DNA of 64,000 nt from Octopus vulgaris (GCA_951406725.2 OX597820.1:112778001-112842000), one strand, 5' to 3'; shown: positions 1 through 14,686, counted from the first letter of the stretch. Made by a program: numbers and translations. Notes: a model not told the origin generated them from the letters alone.

Positions 1-1429
1 TAACTCCAATGAAACAGACCTATGATTAAAGGCTTTTCAGATATGACTATACCTAACTTTTTTTTTTTCAAATACAGTGTACCTAGGATTGCATAACTGT
101 GTTATTCTATTTCTAAGATGTTAGGGAATAATTCAAGGACAATTTTGGTTGCTATCCTAAAAGAAGCACGTTAAGAAAGCAAAAACCCAAAGAAAAGTTT
201 GAGAAGACTAAGAAGATTATGAAGAAGAAAAAATAGAGAAAAAAACCTATAAAGAGAAAAAAGTTTTAAAAAAATCTACAACTAAAACAATATTAAAAAC
301 TAATCTGCATACTGCCTTAGCTGCTAGTCTATCCACCCACTCTGAAAAAATATCCATAAGCAGAAGATATATAGTAATATTTAGTAATTATAGATAACAT
401 TATTTGTAATAACTACCTATAATCTTCAAGGAAGTTCCATTTTCTGTTCTGCTCTTACTAAGTATTTCTGATTGCTATCTCACTATATTTTGGTTCCAAC
501 ACTGAAGTCCTAGCAGACTGGTCGTATTTCTTACGATGGTGCAAACACTATTGCTTCATCTTCTCTCATATTATTTATCCTTTGTGTCTGCTACTGATTA
601 TTGCCGAGGGAGTTTTCTTAATATGATGTTGGCCTAACAGCATTGTAGAAATCAAAGATAGATTGTGATGCACCAAGTACAAACTACAATAAATTAAATA
701 TAAACCATAAGCCAAAGAAAGGCCACTCATGTGTCAAAGATAGACACCCTTTCTTTTTACCTTGCTTGAAAACCTATTTGACAAATCTGAAGCTTTAACA
801 ATCTCAACATAATAGAAACTGTTATAAATGGTGGTTTTGTTGGTCAGTTTCTTGGGACACACTTTTACATTTGTGGAGAGAAAGAGTAAATATAAGAGGA
901 GCAGAAGAGAGAGAGAGAGAGAGAGAGAGAATTAATATAAGAGGTGCCAAATGGAAACACCTAACTAGACATGGTGGTATGCATGAGTAAAAGAATACTA
1001 TACATATGTACAATGTGAGAGAGGAAGAATCATAGTGATAGGCGAGGAGAAATAAAGGGGATTAAATGACTAAATATTTATAGGAGGAGTTATACAAATG
1101 AAAAATTTGTATAAATTATATTTTAAGCTTATAAATACTTTATTTTGAAAATCAAGTATTCATTCCATCATTTTGTATAAATTACAAGAAATATGATAAA
1201 AGTTAAATTATAAGGGTAACACCCTAATATTACTGATAATGATCATGAATATGTTTAATGATGACTGTTTCACTTTTAAGATCATTATCACATACTTAAA
1301 AAAAAATGATAAAAATATGTGCTTGAAATAAATGAATATATCTAAATATGATGTTCCAGGATATAATATGTGACGTAAGTATGAAACTAGAGATTAAATG
1401 TTGCAGACGAGATATTAGAAATGATGTTT

Positions 1430-1685
1430 TTCATTATAATCATTATGTTTGTAATAGTAACCTTTACTTTTTCATGTTTGCATGGGTCAAATGAAGTCTA
1501 TTGAAATAGATTTTTATCTGGTTGAATGCTCTTCCTGTCACCAGCCTTCTGTTTCCAAGTGAAGTAATGTTTTCCCATGATCAGACATGTTTTCAGAGAA
1601 TATTGGGAAGGAATGACACTGCTTGTATGAAAGTGACATTCATTTACAACTACCATGCTATGTCAAGACAACATGACACATACAT

Positions 1686-1690
<5 letters not shown>
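1430..1690 (-). mobile_element. Old dispersed repeat (SINE-like, RTE-type tail); related copies near 8180-8430, 49730-49870 and 58865-59130
   Basis: The block aatgacactgcttgtatga..gtga.a.tc.tttacaac recurs in several copies next to (CAT)n. Confidence 0.55.
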
Positions 1691-1742
<52 letters not shown>

Positions 1743-1950
1743 TCATACACACACACAAGTATAAATTAACCTCTCTAAATATTGTTCTTTAGTTCCTGAA
1801 GAACTGCTGATGAAGAAAAATATATTGTATTGAATTAACTGTTTAGGAATTAAATGTTTATTTATTCTCAAATTTATTTTTAAGTTCTTTATTTGAAGTG
1901 GCCAGACATAACTTCTTTGAACTTACCAAACAACACTTGAATATATATAT

Positions 1951-2417
1951 ATCATCATCATCATCATCGTTTAACATCTGCTTCCCATGCTAGCATGGGT
2001 TGGATGGTTCAACTGGGGTCTGGGAAGCCAGGAGGCTGCACCAGGCTCTAGTCTGATCTGGCAGTGTTTCTACAGCTGGATGCCCTTCCTAACGCCAACC
2101 ACTCCATGAGTGTAGTAGGTGCTTTTTACATGCCACTGGCACAGGTGCCAAGTGAGGCTGGCAATGGCCACGATCGGTTGGTGCTTTTTTACGTGCCACC
2201 AGCATGGAGGCCAGTTGAGGTGGCACTGGCAATGGCCACATTCGGATGGTTCTTTTACGTGCCACCAGCACTGGTATCACAACTACAATTTCCATTGATT
2301 TTTGATCGATTTCGATTTCACTTGCCTCAACAGGTCTTTGCAAGCAGAGTTTTGTGTCCCAAGAAGGAAAGGTATGCATAAGTGGACTGGCTACATCCCA
2401 GGTAAAGGCCACAGGTT
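1951..2417 (-). mobile_element. RTE-LINE 3'UTR fragment (family A)
   Basis: (ATC)n-gtttaacatctgcttcccatgctagcatggg end; reverse-complement homolog of 33560-34025. Confidence 0.85.
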
Positions 2418-3044
2418 GACAAACTTCATTTAGTTTCTAACAACCAAATTATTTACAAGGTGTGGTCAACTGGAGCTATGGTAGAAGACACTTACCAAAG
2501 ATGACATGCAGTGCCACTAAACCTAAAACCATATGTTTGGGAAGCAAACTTCTTAACCACACAACCACACTTATACCTATCCACACAACCACATTGTCTA
2601 TTCATGCTTATTAATATTTTAAATAAAAGGGAATTATTTTCTCTGTGTCAGGCAGTGGATCAGGATCTCAAAGAATTTACTACCATTCCATGATACATAA
2701 AAAAAACATATCACAGCTAAATAAATGTCCTGTCAAAAAATACCAAAACAAAATACTCTTTTGGACAAATATCTCAAGTGTCATGAAAAAAACCCCACCT
2801 ATGCGCTCTGTAAAGTGGTTGGCATTAAGAAGGGTTTGCAGCAGTTGAAACCATGCTAAAACAGGTAATGAGGTCTGACACCATTTTCTGGCTTGTTGGA
2901 TCCTGTTGAACTGCCCAATTCACACTAGCATAGAAGACAGACGGTGAATAATTTTATTGTTGTTGATGATGGTGATGAACAAATCAGAAAATTCAGATCA
3001 TAACATAGATTATTAAAGGTAGTCTTTTTAATGCTGGCCATTAT

Positions 3045-3265
3045 TAAGGCAGTAAGTAAGCTGGAAGAATCGTTAGCATGCCAGACAAAATGCTTAGCAG
3101 CATTTCATCTGCCTTTATGTTCTGAGTTCAAATTACACTGAGGTCAACTTTAGCTTTCATCCTTTTGAGGTCAATAAAATAAGTACAAGTTGAGCACTGG
3201 GGTCAATGTAATTGACCTAGCCCTCCCTCCAAATTGCTGGCCTTGTGCCAAAACATGAAACCAAT
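3045..3265 (+). mobile_element. tRNA-derived SINE (family B)
   Basis: gttcaaatt B-box-like motif plus the ctttcatccttt..ggtcaataaaataagtac..g central domain shared with about 12 copies in the window. Confidence 0.8.
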
Positions 3266-3943
3266 ACTGGCTGTTGTTACCAACACAAAGCACTCAAGTG
3301 TGAAACAGAAAAATTACCAACTAAATGTTACATGTGGACCAGAGTTAGAATTTCTGATCTTTGAGACATTTGACCTACATAGCAATCATTCATCCAGATC
3401 CTATAACTCACTCTAAACCGTATATGCTTTCTTAGACTATCAAAGAACAACTAAAGTTCAAAATGAAGCATTAAAAAACTTAACCTCCACTTATTCATTC
3501 ATAATCTACCAGAGAAGGAAGTTGTAAGAATGCTAAACGGGCATTATTACTCTTCTTTTTCTTTCACCATCTCTCTCACCCCAGACATATCTTCTTTACC
3601 TTTTCTATCTTTTGCATCGTTTAGCCACCGAACTGTGGCAGCATCATGAAGGGTTTCGTCAAAAACCCTTTGAGGTACTTGCACTTATTCTGTCAGTCTG
3701 TTTTGCCTAACTGCTAAGTTATAGGGAGGTAAACAAACATGTCAAGCAGTGGAGAGGGGGGGGGCAAACAAAGATACACACACATATGTTTATGTATATA
3801 TGTGTGTGTGTATGTATACATACATATATATATATATAAAATATGAATTAGAGATAAAACCACTATTATGCAACTCAAACAGTGATAGACATAAACCAAT
3901 ACATAAATAACAAATAATATAAATATAATTAATATAATATATA

Positions 3944-3990
<47 letters not shown>

Positions 3991-4122
3991 GTCTATCACT
4001 GTTTGGGTTGCATAATAGTGGTTTTATCTCTAATTCATATTTTCTATTTTATATATTTATACTGTGAAATTTGATTCAATACTAAATTGAATTTTTCCCT
4101 GTTAGTTTGGAGTTATACTCCC

Positions 4123-4166
<44 letters not shown>

Positions 4167-4864
4167 CATACACACACACATGCACACAATCTGTCTCACA
4201 GAGATTCTGTCAATCTGTCAACTAAATTCACTCACAAGGTATGGGTTAGCTTGGCCACCCAAGTAGGACTGAACTCAAAACCACCGCATTGCAAAGCAAA
4301 TTTCTTAACCACACAGCCATGCCTGCACCTACATATAAACTATAAAACTTTAAAACCTTTTCCTGTGAAAATGGTGTATGAGATTATGTCACATGTACAA
4401 CTTTGATAATGTATCGCCACCACTGCTACTACCTCCACCAATACCACTCCTACTACTATCACAAACACCCCCACTATACAATTCTTCAAGAATTTTTCGT
4501 GATTCTGGTTTGTTTCCATTGTAGCTTTGAAGTTATTGGATGTATCCTGCAGATGAATACTGAAGTAGGTTTACTTCTTCATCAATTTAATGCTACACAA
4601 ACCAAATACAAGCAACCCTCATTATGACTCAGCATTTAATATGTTTCATAATCTAAAATTGGAATACAGTGAACAGTGTGTGCTCCACATCAAAAAAAAA
4701 AATAGAAGAACATTGATATTTCTTTGCTATACTGTTAAGCCTAAGATTTACCATTCCAAAGAATGTTTTTCTGTGAAAGAAATAAAATGCCACTAGTAAT
4801 GCTATCATTAATTTACTGTGCCTCACTCCAGACTGGTTTCGTATGGATGAGCCTGCCATACATT

Positions 4865-5067
4865 TTAACTCTTCTGTTACAATATTCTGTTGAAATACAC
4901 TGGCTTTGTTTCAGTTAATTTTGAAAATAATGAAGAATTCAAAGAAACAGCCTTGACATTTCTATGCTGGTGTTTGGAACATGACACATTTTGATGGAAG
5001 TTTTAATTTGAAAGTTTGGATCAAACAACCAAGTGCAAGCTCAGATGGGTGGATATGAAAAGAATAA
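4865..5067. mobile_element. Degenerate piggyBac-like (TTAA) MITE; related copies near 7455-7945 and 28458-29140
   Basis: Starts at TTAA; internal sequence ttaattttgaaaataatgaag...gctggtgtttggaac is shared with the 28458 copy. Confidence 0.6.
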
Positions 5068-5502
5068 GTTCTTGATTCTGAGTTAGTTTCTACTAAGACA
5101 TACAGATTAGTCTGCCACCCAGAACTGGAAGCATCCAAATTAGTCTTGTGGAACCCACTTCAGGTGATGTAAAAAGTGGAAAATGTCATTGCACTTATAT
5201 CGGTCAACCTGATTGCAGACACTGGCCCGGAATGTATCCAGGACCTTAAGGTAGTGATGTTGGACCGAGAAGTGTGGTGGGTGAACATTGTAGTGCCTGT
5301 TGCCCAGGTTGGAACCCAGACACAGTAAATAATAATTCTATAAGTAATGGTAGTAAATTCTTTGAGATTCTGATCCACTGCCTGATACAGAGGTAAAATT
5401 CTAAGAACTACCTTCTGTATATGGCCAGTCGCCATGATAGATCATTAGCCACTACACACATTTTTTTATCTCCTTGTTTCTCTCCTTGTTTTTTCTGTGC
5501 CC

Positions 5503-5538
5503 CTTTCTGTAGAAGAGCGTAGGCTCAAAACGTAAAAG
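5503..5538 (+). ncRNA. Minimal hammerhead-like motif, A6U core variant (G12 decayed)
   Basis: cttt-CTGTAGA-a-gagc(gtag)gctc-aAAA-cg-T-A-aaag, inside a roughly 190-bp repeat (5450-5635). Confidence 0.6.
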
Positions 5539-6124
5539 ACTTTTTCTATTCCTGAGCGTTATACTAATACATCTGTTTGCTTCGTACACCACCTGTCTTT
5601 GTCTTTTGTTTTTTCGTAAACTCCCTCCTGTATATTTATCTCCATAGAAAGAGAGAAAGAAAGGTAGGGAAGAGAGAGGGGAGAGGGGAACAATAGGCAA
5701 ACTACTCACCAAAATGGCCTTTATGGGAAAAAAAAATCTACTCATAAACACATCTCTTTAACTATAATGAAAATGCAGACTAAAATCTTGTAAAACGTTT
5801 GATTAAATATGCACATACACTTATAAAACCACATATATATACATAGAAAATAGGAGCAAGAATGTATTTGTTAAAAGGTAAACACAGTAACACACTTCCT
5901 CTCTTGTTCTTGTCTCCTCTCTCCCTCTCCTACTTTCTCCCTCTCTCTCTTCTTTATTGTCTTGCTCTTTCCCTATCTCTCTCTCTTCTTCCCCTTCTCT
6001 CTTCCTCTGTTTCTCTCCCTCTTTCTCCTCCCTTCTTTTCTTTTCTCCTCTCTCCTATCTCAATCTCTCTTCTTTCTCTTCCCATTCCTCTCTCACCTCT
6101 CTCTTTTCCTCCATCTCTCTCTAC

Positions 6125-6160
<36 letters not shown>

Positions 6161-6353
6161 CCCCTCTCTCTTCCTTTCTTTGTTTCTGCAACGAAAATCA
6201 AATGAAATGAAGCAGAGAAAAGTGGAAATTCCTTTATTGTCATGACAGAAATCTATCTATAAGGTGATAATCTGAAAATAAGCTAATCTCTCTGTATTTC
6301 TGTTGTAATCAATAATTAGCTATTGTCAGCTCATAGAGGTAAATCTGTGCCCA

Positions 6354-6388
<35 letters not shown>

Positions 6389-6540
6389 CTCTCTCTCTCA
6401 CTCTCACTCTCTCTTTGCAACACTGAAGCACACACAGTCATTAGCTTTCTGTGCTATTAAATTCAGGAGGTTTAACAGAGATGTGTTGGGCAGGTAACAG
6501 GCAAGTTGGTAGAAGCCGTTAGCGATACTCTGACAATGGG

Positions 6541-6930
6541 TGCTGCTGCTGCTGTTACTGTTGAGCGAACGGTCTTCGTCCCAGAGCTCGCAAGATGGGA
6601 GAAGTCCAAAACGTGGTCCTTTGCTATTCGTAAGACCTGCAGAAGAGAGAGCAAGTCAAGCTCCGACACCGAAAGCATCGACAGATGGATGAATCCACAT
6701 CCAGGCTCAGCGGTTGCGTAGGAAGTCGGGGACAAGAAACAGGAAGAAAGAGTGAGAGAAAGTTGGAGTGAAAGAGTACAACAGGGGCCGCCACCACCCC
6801 CTGCTGGAGCCTGGTGGAGCTTTAGGTGTTTTCGCTCAATAAACACACACAACGCCCGGTCTGGGAATCGAAACCGCGATCCTCCGACTGCGAGTCCATT
6901 GCCCTGACCATTGGGCCATTGCGCCTCCAC
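6541..6930 (-). mobile_element. tRNA-headed SINE (family D) with (CAG/CAA)n tail
   Basis: Head gtggaggcgcaatggccc with ggtttcgattccc B box; four similar copies in the window. Confidence 0.9.
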
Positions 6931-9259
6931 TACCGCTGCTGCTGCTGATGATGATGATGGCGATCATCATCATGAAGATGGTGATAATGATGAGGATGAT
7001 GGCAATAAGTAACTACAATCAACAATTTTCGTGCAAACCAATGTTAATTTACCAAAGATGTTGGCAACAGACAATATTTTGTTTTGTTTCGTTTTTTCCA
7101 GAGCTCTAGACTAGATATGTTAGGTTTTTGTCTGGTTTGGTCTGGTCTGCATAATTTGTCATCATAGTTAATTCTATGGCTGGAAGAGATGTTTAAGAAT
7201 AGCGTAGTGACAAACTTTTTTTTTAATGCAGCCATGTGGCTGTTCTTAAGGAACTAGGATCACAACCTGGTTTTGTACAGCAAGATTTGACAAGCAACTG
7301 TGATTATTTGTACAATGGCATTCCAAATCATGACTATATACCATTTGTGGATGAATTGAGATTTGTCTCTGAGTAGATGTTGAAGAAAATAGATAGCAGC
7401 AGAGATAGTTTGGGAACTGACGCTAATTGGGAAACGAAGTCTTTGAGAAGTTTAAATTTTAACTGTTTCAAATTTAAATTTCATTTGTTTCAAATATATT
7501 TGAAAATATGAAAAATTTAGGAAAACAACTTTTTCCTTACAAACAGCTGGTGTTTGGAACACAGATCAGCATAAAAATTCTGATAGAAAGTTTTAATTCA
7601 ACTCACTTTAAAACAATGAACCTTATGAAGGAGATGATAAAGGACCAAAATATGTAGTGCATTGCTGCACTCGAGAAGACCCAGCCATCACAACAGAATT
7701 GAGCTCCTAAAACCACGATTCCACATAAAAAGCACTCAGTACCCTCTGTAAAGTGGTTGGCATGCAGAAACCATGCCCAAAACAGACTATGGAATTTAGT
7801 GCAACCCCTGGCCTTTCCAGTTCCTGTTCAGCCATTCAGTACATGTTCGCATGGAAGACAGACAGTAAATGTTGATGAGGATGATGATGATTTTGTGCAG
7901 TAGACCCAATGGTGGTCTCAAGTGGGTTACTATCAAAAGGGTCAGAGAATACAGTATCCCATCACACCTTAGAGGTTAAACAATGGAGGCATTATTAGCA
8001 TTTAGTTATTTTGTCCAGAGATATATGGAGTAATTTCTTATAAGTAGAAATTAATACAGGTGAAAATTAAAACTAATGGCATTTATGGTTTAATCTGTAG
8101 AGATTTTCTTTTTCCTCTTCCTAAATCCATTTTAATACAATCCGAAAAAAAAAAGTTAAAGAAAAATGTAACAATGAAATCATCATGCTTGTTTTGACTC
8201 TGATTTTTTCAGGTTTGTTTGAATCAGATGCAATTCATTGTGGTAGATTAGATTTTCTATGGAAAGATGCCCTTGCTGTTGCTAACATTCACCTGTTTCT
8301 AAGCAAGGTGATATTTCCTCATGGCCAAACCGGTTTCACAGAATATGGAAATTGAATAACACTGCTTGTATAACAGTGAGACTCGTTTACAAAAACTTTG
8401 CAATGTCAAAACAGGGATACACACACACAAACACACACACACACACACACACACTGATGGGCTTTTTTTCAGTTTCTTTCTACTAAATCTACTCAAAAGG
8501 CTTTGGTTGACCCTGACCTATTGTAAGACACTTACCCAGGATGCCACTCAGCAGGATTAAATTTGAAAATTTGAAACTATGTGGCTGAAACTTCTTAACT
8601 ACACAATCATGTCTGCACCCTGTCTAAAATAGCTGAAAACAGCTTACATCTTAAACACACACAGACACACACACACACTTCACCGTCATCTAGCTGATAT
8701 CAAGAAGAGGTCAACAAACCTCTTCAGATATTCAGGTAAATATTGAACAGCTGCATAATTACTTAATCAGTGCATAGTAATACAAAAAAAAAGAAGAAAA
8801 ACTAAAAGCACAGTTAAAATTGTTAAAGTACATTAATCTCATTCTATTTAACATATGTCATTCTGTTCTTACAGGACACACATATAAAATAACACTTCTT
8901 AGACTTGGTGCTAGCCACCAAAATAAGAAGACAAAAGTGTAAAAATTAAGTAGGTGTGACATCTCATTCGCCACAGAAAGTTCCCTTCATTGTCTAAATA
9001 TCTTACACCATCATCATCATTTCTCTAATATCTGAAATTCTCAGAGAACACTCAGTGTCAGCTGATCAAGCTAATCAAGAATGCCACCGTTCTAGGATTA
9101 AATGTTAATATCATAATCTCAAGCTGTGCTGAAAAACTGTTATAATGTAATGCCATTTGAATTTCATGGATTATTTATGGTGGACCATTTAGTGCACTGT
9201 AGTATCACCAAGAAGATAGTTAACATCTCTTTGGGTATTTAATTTTTTCTTATATAAAA

Positions 9260-9613
9260 TCAGAATCAAAATCGTTCAAAAATCAATGGAAATTGTAGTT
9301 GTGATACCAGTGCCAGTGGCACGTAAAAGAACCATCTGAACATGACTGTTGCCAGCACCGCCCCGACTGGCCTCCATGCTGGTGGCATATAAAAAGCACC
9401 AACCAATCATGGCTGTTACCAGCTTCGCCTGGCACGTAAAAAGCACCCACCACTCTCATGGAGTGGTTGGCTTTAGGAAGGGCAACCAGCTGTAGAAACA
9501 CTGCCAGAATAGACTGGGCCTGGTGCAGCCTCCTAGCTTCCCAGATCCCAGTCGAACCGTCCAACCCATGCTAGCATGGAAAGCAGACGTTAAACAATGA
9601 TGATGATGATGAT
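9260..9613 (+). mobile_element. RTE-LINE 3'UTR fragment (family A)
   Basis: Ends cccatgctagcatggaaagcagacgttaaac(GAT)n. Confidence 0.85.
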
Positions 9614-9689
9614 GAACCATTATGTCTGCTTCTGTTTTAGGCATGTTTCAAAGTACTACATATATATATATATTCAAAATACTCTATCT

Positions 9690-9927
9690 TTTTTTTTACC
9701 CTTTTCCTTGTTTCATTCATTAGACTGTGGCCGTGTTAGGGCACCCCATTGAGGAATTTTAGTAGGATTAATTGAACCCAGTACCTATTTTCTTTAATAA
9801 GCTTGGTACTTATTCTATTGGTCTCTTTTGCTGAACAACTAAGTTATGAGGATGTAAACACACAGTGGTGGGGGACAAACAAAAACACACACAGATACAT
9901 ACATACATACATACATACATACATACA

Positions 9928-9959
<32 letters not shown>

Positions 9960-10085
9960 CAACAGGTACCTTTCAGTTTCTGTCTACCGAATCCACTCAC
10001 AAAGCTTTGGTTGGCTTAAAGCTATAGTAGAAGACACTTGCCCAAGGTGTCACACAGTTGGACTGAACCTAGAACCATGTGGTTG
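9690..10085 (-). mobile_element. tRNA-derived CORE-type SINE (family C)
   Basis: Homologous to the full-length copies at 53205 and 54105. Confidence 0.8.
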
Positions 10086-10769
10086 ACAAATATATATATT
10101 TAAATTATTCTAGCCCATTAAAAAATTATATCTACCTCTCTATTAATCAGTCTGTCTGTCTGTTTGTCTGACTGCATAAATACATACCCAACCTGATAAC
10201 TCAACCCTTCTATTTTCTTTCTTCCCCACAACCTCCATCCTGGATATTCCCACCCACTCTTTTATAATGTGAGTAACTATGCATCCCCTCTATAGTAAAA
10301 CACCTGTTCTGGCCTCTCCTTTTATACTTTAACCTTTCATTTCCAGGCATAAAGCCACCTCACCCCCCACTACTGCTAGCCCTGATTAGCTACAGGGTGA
10401 ACTCACTAGTTTTGGTGCAATTCGAAAGAAGAGAAAGCCCAAAAGCACGCAGTACACTGTGTAGTGTAGTTGGTGTTAGGAAGGGCATGTAGCCTTAGAA
10501 ACCACACCAGAGCAAGCAATGGAACATGTTGTGGTGCTCATACTGGTCAGATCCTTTCAAACTGTTTCAACCCAGGCCAGTATGGGAGAGGGACATTAAA
10601 AGATGATGATGATGATGATGAAAGATGATCATAGTATGCACACACACAGAGGCAATGAGCATCTACAAAACAGAACAGTTTGAGGATAGAAACCAGGTCT
10701 AAACACAATAGCTTATAGACATACTCTCAATGTAGTTCTATATAAATCTTTAATCATTTTTTTTTTATA

Positions 10770-11179
10770 CTTAAGACCATCAGAAATGTTAAGATATCAG
10801 CCTCTACCCACGTTGTCATGCTTTGATTAATAGGTTTATCTTAAATGGTTTATCTGGTATTTGTTGGGGGTAATCATCTAGGGATCATTTGAATGCCGTG
10901 AAGTCCCTTTCCCCCTTTATGTGTGTCTGGCACGATGTCGAAGAGAGCAGGGCCAATTGAGGTGAAATAGTTCTGTCATAGTGTTGTGATATGACAAACA
11001 TTTCTGTAGTGGACGGAAGGCACGGGAGCCAAGCCTCAGATGAATTTGAAAGATGGGCAATGTTGATGGAATATTTTCCACATCATACAGAAGTTACAGA
11101 GCTCACAGCAGCGGTGAAGGGAGCAAAGCCTGAGCTTTTTGAGTCGATCCCAATAGTCAAGGCTTGTCATGTCATCCTC
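10770..11179 (-). mobile_element. CR1-clade LINE ORF2 C-terminal fragment (decayed)
   Basis: Minus strand encodes LDYWDRLKKLRLCSLHR..., YFTSIGPALFDIVP and LDDYPQQIPDKP, typical of CR1 ORF2 ends. Confidence 0.75.
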
Positions 11180-11567
11180 CGCAGACCTCCGCCAAGCAGT
11201 TCATTTTAAGATAGATACATGAGTAAAATTACTAATAGAGAAACGAAAATAAACTTTGGAATCAGCAATGCCACCATAGGTTACGTGGAAACGATGAAGG
11301 CGTTTTCAAGGGAGATAATCAAAGAACATAACTTTGTAATACTTCATGTAAAGTAGATATAATAAATGAAAAATCCTTCAAGAATCCTTAAAAATTCCCA
11401 GATCACTACCAAAATTTCATCATCTGTTCCTTGTGTCATTACCAACTTTTCCTGCAAGTTTCATCAAATACCGTTTACAACGTTTTGAGTTATTTTGCAC
11501 ACAGACGGACAGACGGACAAATCAACGCCAATGGAAACATCACCTCCTTCCTTGGCGGAGATAATAA
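11180..11567 (-). mobile_element. Non-autonomous Helentron/DINE-1-like element
   Basis: Sub-terminal inverted repeats acctccgccaag (11185) and cttggcggagat (11551), a short palindrome beside one of them, and an internal (gacg/gaca)n microsatellite. Confidence 0.65.
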
Positions 11568-13089
11568 ATTAAGTACAGACGTCAATGTAAATTGATTATT
11601 CACCAGAGGGCAGTCTCATCTTCCTGTATGGCCACAGCTCGATGACTGTGACCAATAAAAGAATAAAAGAAAATGTTTATGATGAGTTGTACACACCCAC
11701 ACACACTCCCCTTTCTCTCCCCCTTCTCTCTCTCACACACATACACACACACACAAAGAAGTCTGGTTCTATTTTTGTATCACTTTGATATATATTTTTA
11801 TTGAAATGATGTGAACTTGCAAATTCATCTCGTTGGGTGGATCCGACAGTGGAAGCTGCTTGCAATATAATAAACAGAGAAAGAAACGAGAAGTCGTGAC
11901 TATACCAGATACAAGATGGAGTGGAGGAGTGACTATACACAATGCTGATAAACAACTCATCCCAGCAACAACACACAACAGTGATGGTGGTGATGATGAT
12001 GATGAATGATAGCGATCATGACCATAGTGATGAGATGATGGAAATGATGGTAATGATAGAAATATATATGTTAATTATACATGATATTTATATACTATGT
12101 GTGTAGTGAGTGTATATGTGAGTGTAGTAAATGTAAGTTTTTACTGTGGATTACATGCAACTTATCTGTGTTCATTAACCTAAAAATTTAAATCCTTCAT
12201 TTATCTCCTCCCTTTTTTTTTTAGAATAAATGATGGTGACAATGATGATGATGATGGTGATGATGATGATGACAACAATGATAATGAGGACAATGATGAT
12301 GACAATGATGATGATGACAATGATGATAATGTTAATGATGCTGATGACAGCACTGGCGCCACCAATGATGACAGTGACGCTGATGATGATGATGAGAAAA
12401 ATGGTGATGCTACTGTCATCAACCCTGACTCTACAGCTGGCTGTCCATTTCATAACATATCCATCACCTCACTTCCTGATTCTTCAACGATATCTCAGAC
12501 TCAATTATTTTATCATCATAATCTAAAATATATTTTGAAACCTCTTCTTGTGTAGTTTAGACTTAACCACTTACCATTTTAGTCTGCCATTCAAATATAA
12601 AGATGGTTTACCCATTGCATTGTAAAAATTATTAACTCACTTCAAGCATCTTATTACAATTCCATATATATTTACAAGTATATTTACTAATTAAGTTGTC
12701 AGAGTCTGTTCTTATTGATCTGAGCAGATTGAGAGGAGCATAGCTCAGAAAAATGTCCCCAATGACAGAATATGAAGACCTAAAATCTCAATGGCTGAAA
12801 TGGCAGGAGATGCCAAAATCAGAAGCAATTTCTATGAAAACATAGCTCAAGCAATGTGAATGCTGATGACAGGCAGTTGCCATTTTATTGCCTGGCCCTG
12901 CATGTCATATTTTGCATATGCTGTAGAGGATGTTTTTGAGACCACACAGTCCATGGTGGGGGTAATTTCCTGACAAGTTGGGATCCACCCTAATCAAAAC
13001 CGCACACTATCAGCATTTCTTCATTGATCACTGAACGGCAACTATAGAGTGGTTGTTGTAAGGTGAACAATATGGGTTAAAGAACTTTT

Positions 13090-13370
13090 TTGGTCATGAA
13101 TGACTATGGGAAAGTTCCCCTCCGAGGCACAAGTCTGGCAAGGTTGTTTTATGGAAGACCAGCAGTCACCCATGCATACCAGCCTCCCATCTTCATGCCA
13201 CCGGTGTTATCCAAGGGAAAGGTAAAGGCCAATACTGAGCGATCTGGAGCAATGTGCGATAAAGTGTCTTGCTCAAGAAGACAACACACAGCCAGGCCTA
13301 GGAATCAAACTCACAACCTCATGATTGTGAGCCTGATGCTCTAACCATTGAGCCATGTGCCTTCACAACG
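13090..13370 (-). mobile_element. tRNA-derived SINE (family E), without a 5S head
   Basis: Reverse-complement homolog of 21436-21776. Confidence 0.8.
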
Positions 13371-14641
13371 TGAACAATATGATGCAGAGAACCAAATAAT
13401 TCTAGTAGAGTAGTTGCTTGATGATGAACATTCTTACACAAGTGGTTGTTGTAGGGTGAACATTCTTACATAGTGAACTGAACAGCTATGTTATAGAGAA
13501 CTAGTGAATTAAATACTTGATTCAAAGTGAACAGAACAATTGTTTTAGTGAACCAAACAGTTAAATATTCCACTGATAAGTTAATGTCAATTCATAAACT
13601 GACATTAAATTTTCTGCCTTCTAATTTGATTTTCATATTCTACTTCTCCATAAATTTGCTGTGTGACATTGTAACTGCATCACGGTCAATCCATTGCCAC
13701 CACCAACACCACACCGACATTATTATCACTATAACTGCTACTTGTACCACAGTAATAGTAACAACAACAACAGCAGCAGCATCACCACCACTACCACCAC
13801 CACCACCCCTACCACCATTGCCACTGTTATTACAACAGTTCATTTCTCATATGTCTAAGAAGATTAGAAGTGATTAGGGCTAGCATATTTGGCTGACTTC
13901 TAAAGCTATTGCCTCACATTTAATTCTCCTTGCCTGCCTCTTCTCATTATCAAACCAATTTACTGATATCTATACTCTTACATACAACTGGTAAAAACTT
14001 CATCTGAAACCAACCAGTGTCAAACCTAAGAAGCTGAAAGCCATCTTGAATAAGCCTGCTCTCTCTTTCTCTCTCTCTCTCTCACACACACACACACTAT
14101 ATATATATATATACATACATATGACAATAGTGGATCCTGCAAACATAATAAATACACAGGTAATTAAAGAAATAGAAATGAATATCTATATATATGTATA
14201 TGTGTATATATATGTATATGTATATGTGTATATATGTGTGTATATATGTATATATATGTATATGTATATGTATGTATATATATATATATGTATATGTATA
14301 TTCTTTTTTTTTTTTTTTTTTTTTCTCGATTAGATTTATTATTATTATTACTAATATTGTTGTTATACATACATACAAGCATATGTAATGATAATAATGG
14401 GTGGATGTAAACACATGAATAAAATTAGAACAAAAGCAACAACAACAAAAACAAAATACAAATTACAAGAATGTATATAACCAGAAGATACAAATATTAC
14501 AGGCATCCCCCCACACACACACACTAGATAAACATAGACGCACATAGAGATATAAGCATGTGCAAATGAAGACATACAATAGAAATACAAAATGGCTGAC
14601 GGTTAGTAAGGAGAGACACAAGTAAGTGAGAAGAAAACAAA

Positions 14642-14686
14642 GGACCACTGATGCGGTCACAGGAGTGTGACGAAAGAACTTTGGCC
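14642..14686 (+). ncRNA. Minimal type-I hammerhead-like motif (A9C, degenerate)
   Basis: gg(a)cca-CTGATGC-g-gtcac(aggagt)gtgac-GAAA-gaac-T-T-tggcc. Confidence 0.65.

Noticed and set aside
1787-1855. CTGAAGA with possible stem I (ttagttc/gaattaa)
   Set aside because: There is no clear stem II, GAAA or UH site; too degenerate to call.
6472-6930. 152-aa ORF and similar ORFs at 25724 and 34903; also the tRNA-like heads as true tRNA genes
   Set aside because: The ORFs lie in SINE copies and their frames are not conserved between copies; the heads do not form complete cloverleaves.
11760-11980. Possible host exon (also 19430-19670)
   Set aside because: There is no convincing pair of splice sites and no recognisable protein similarity.
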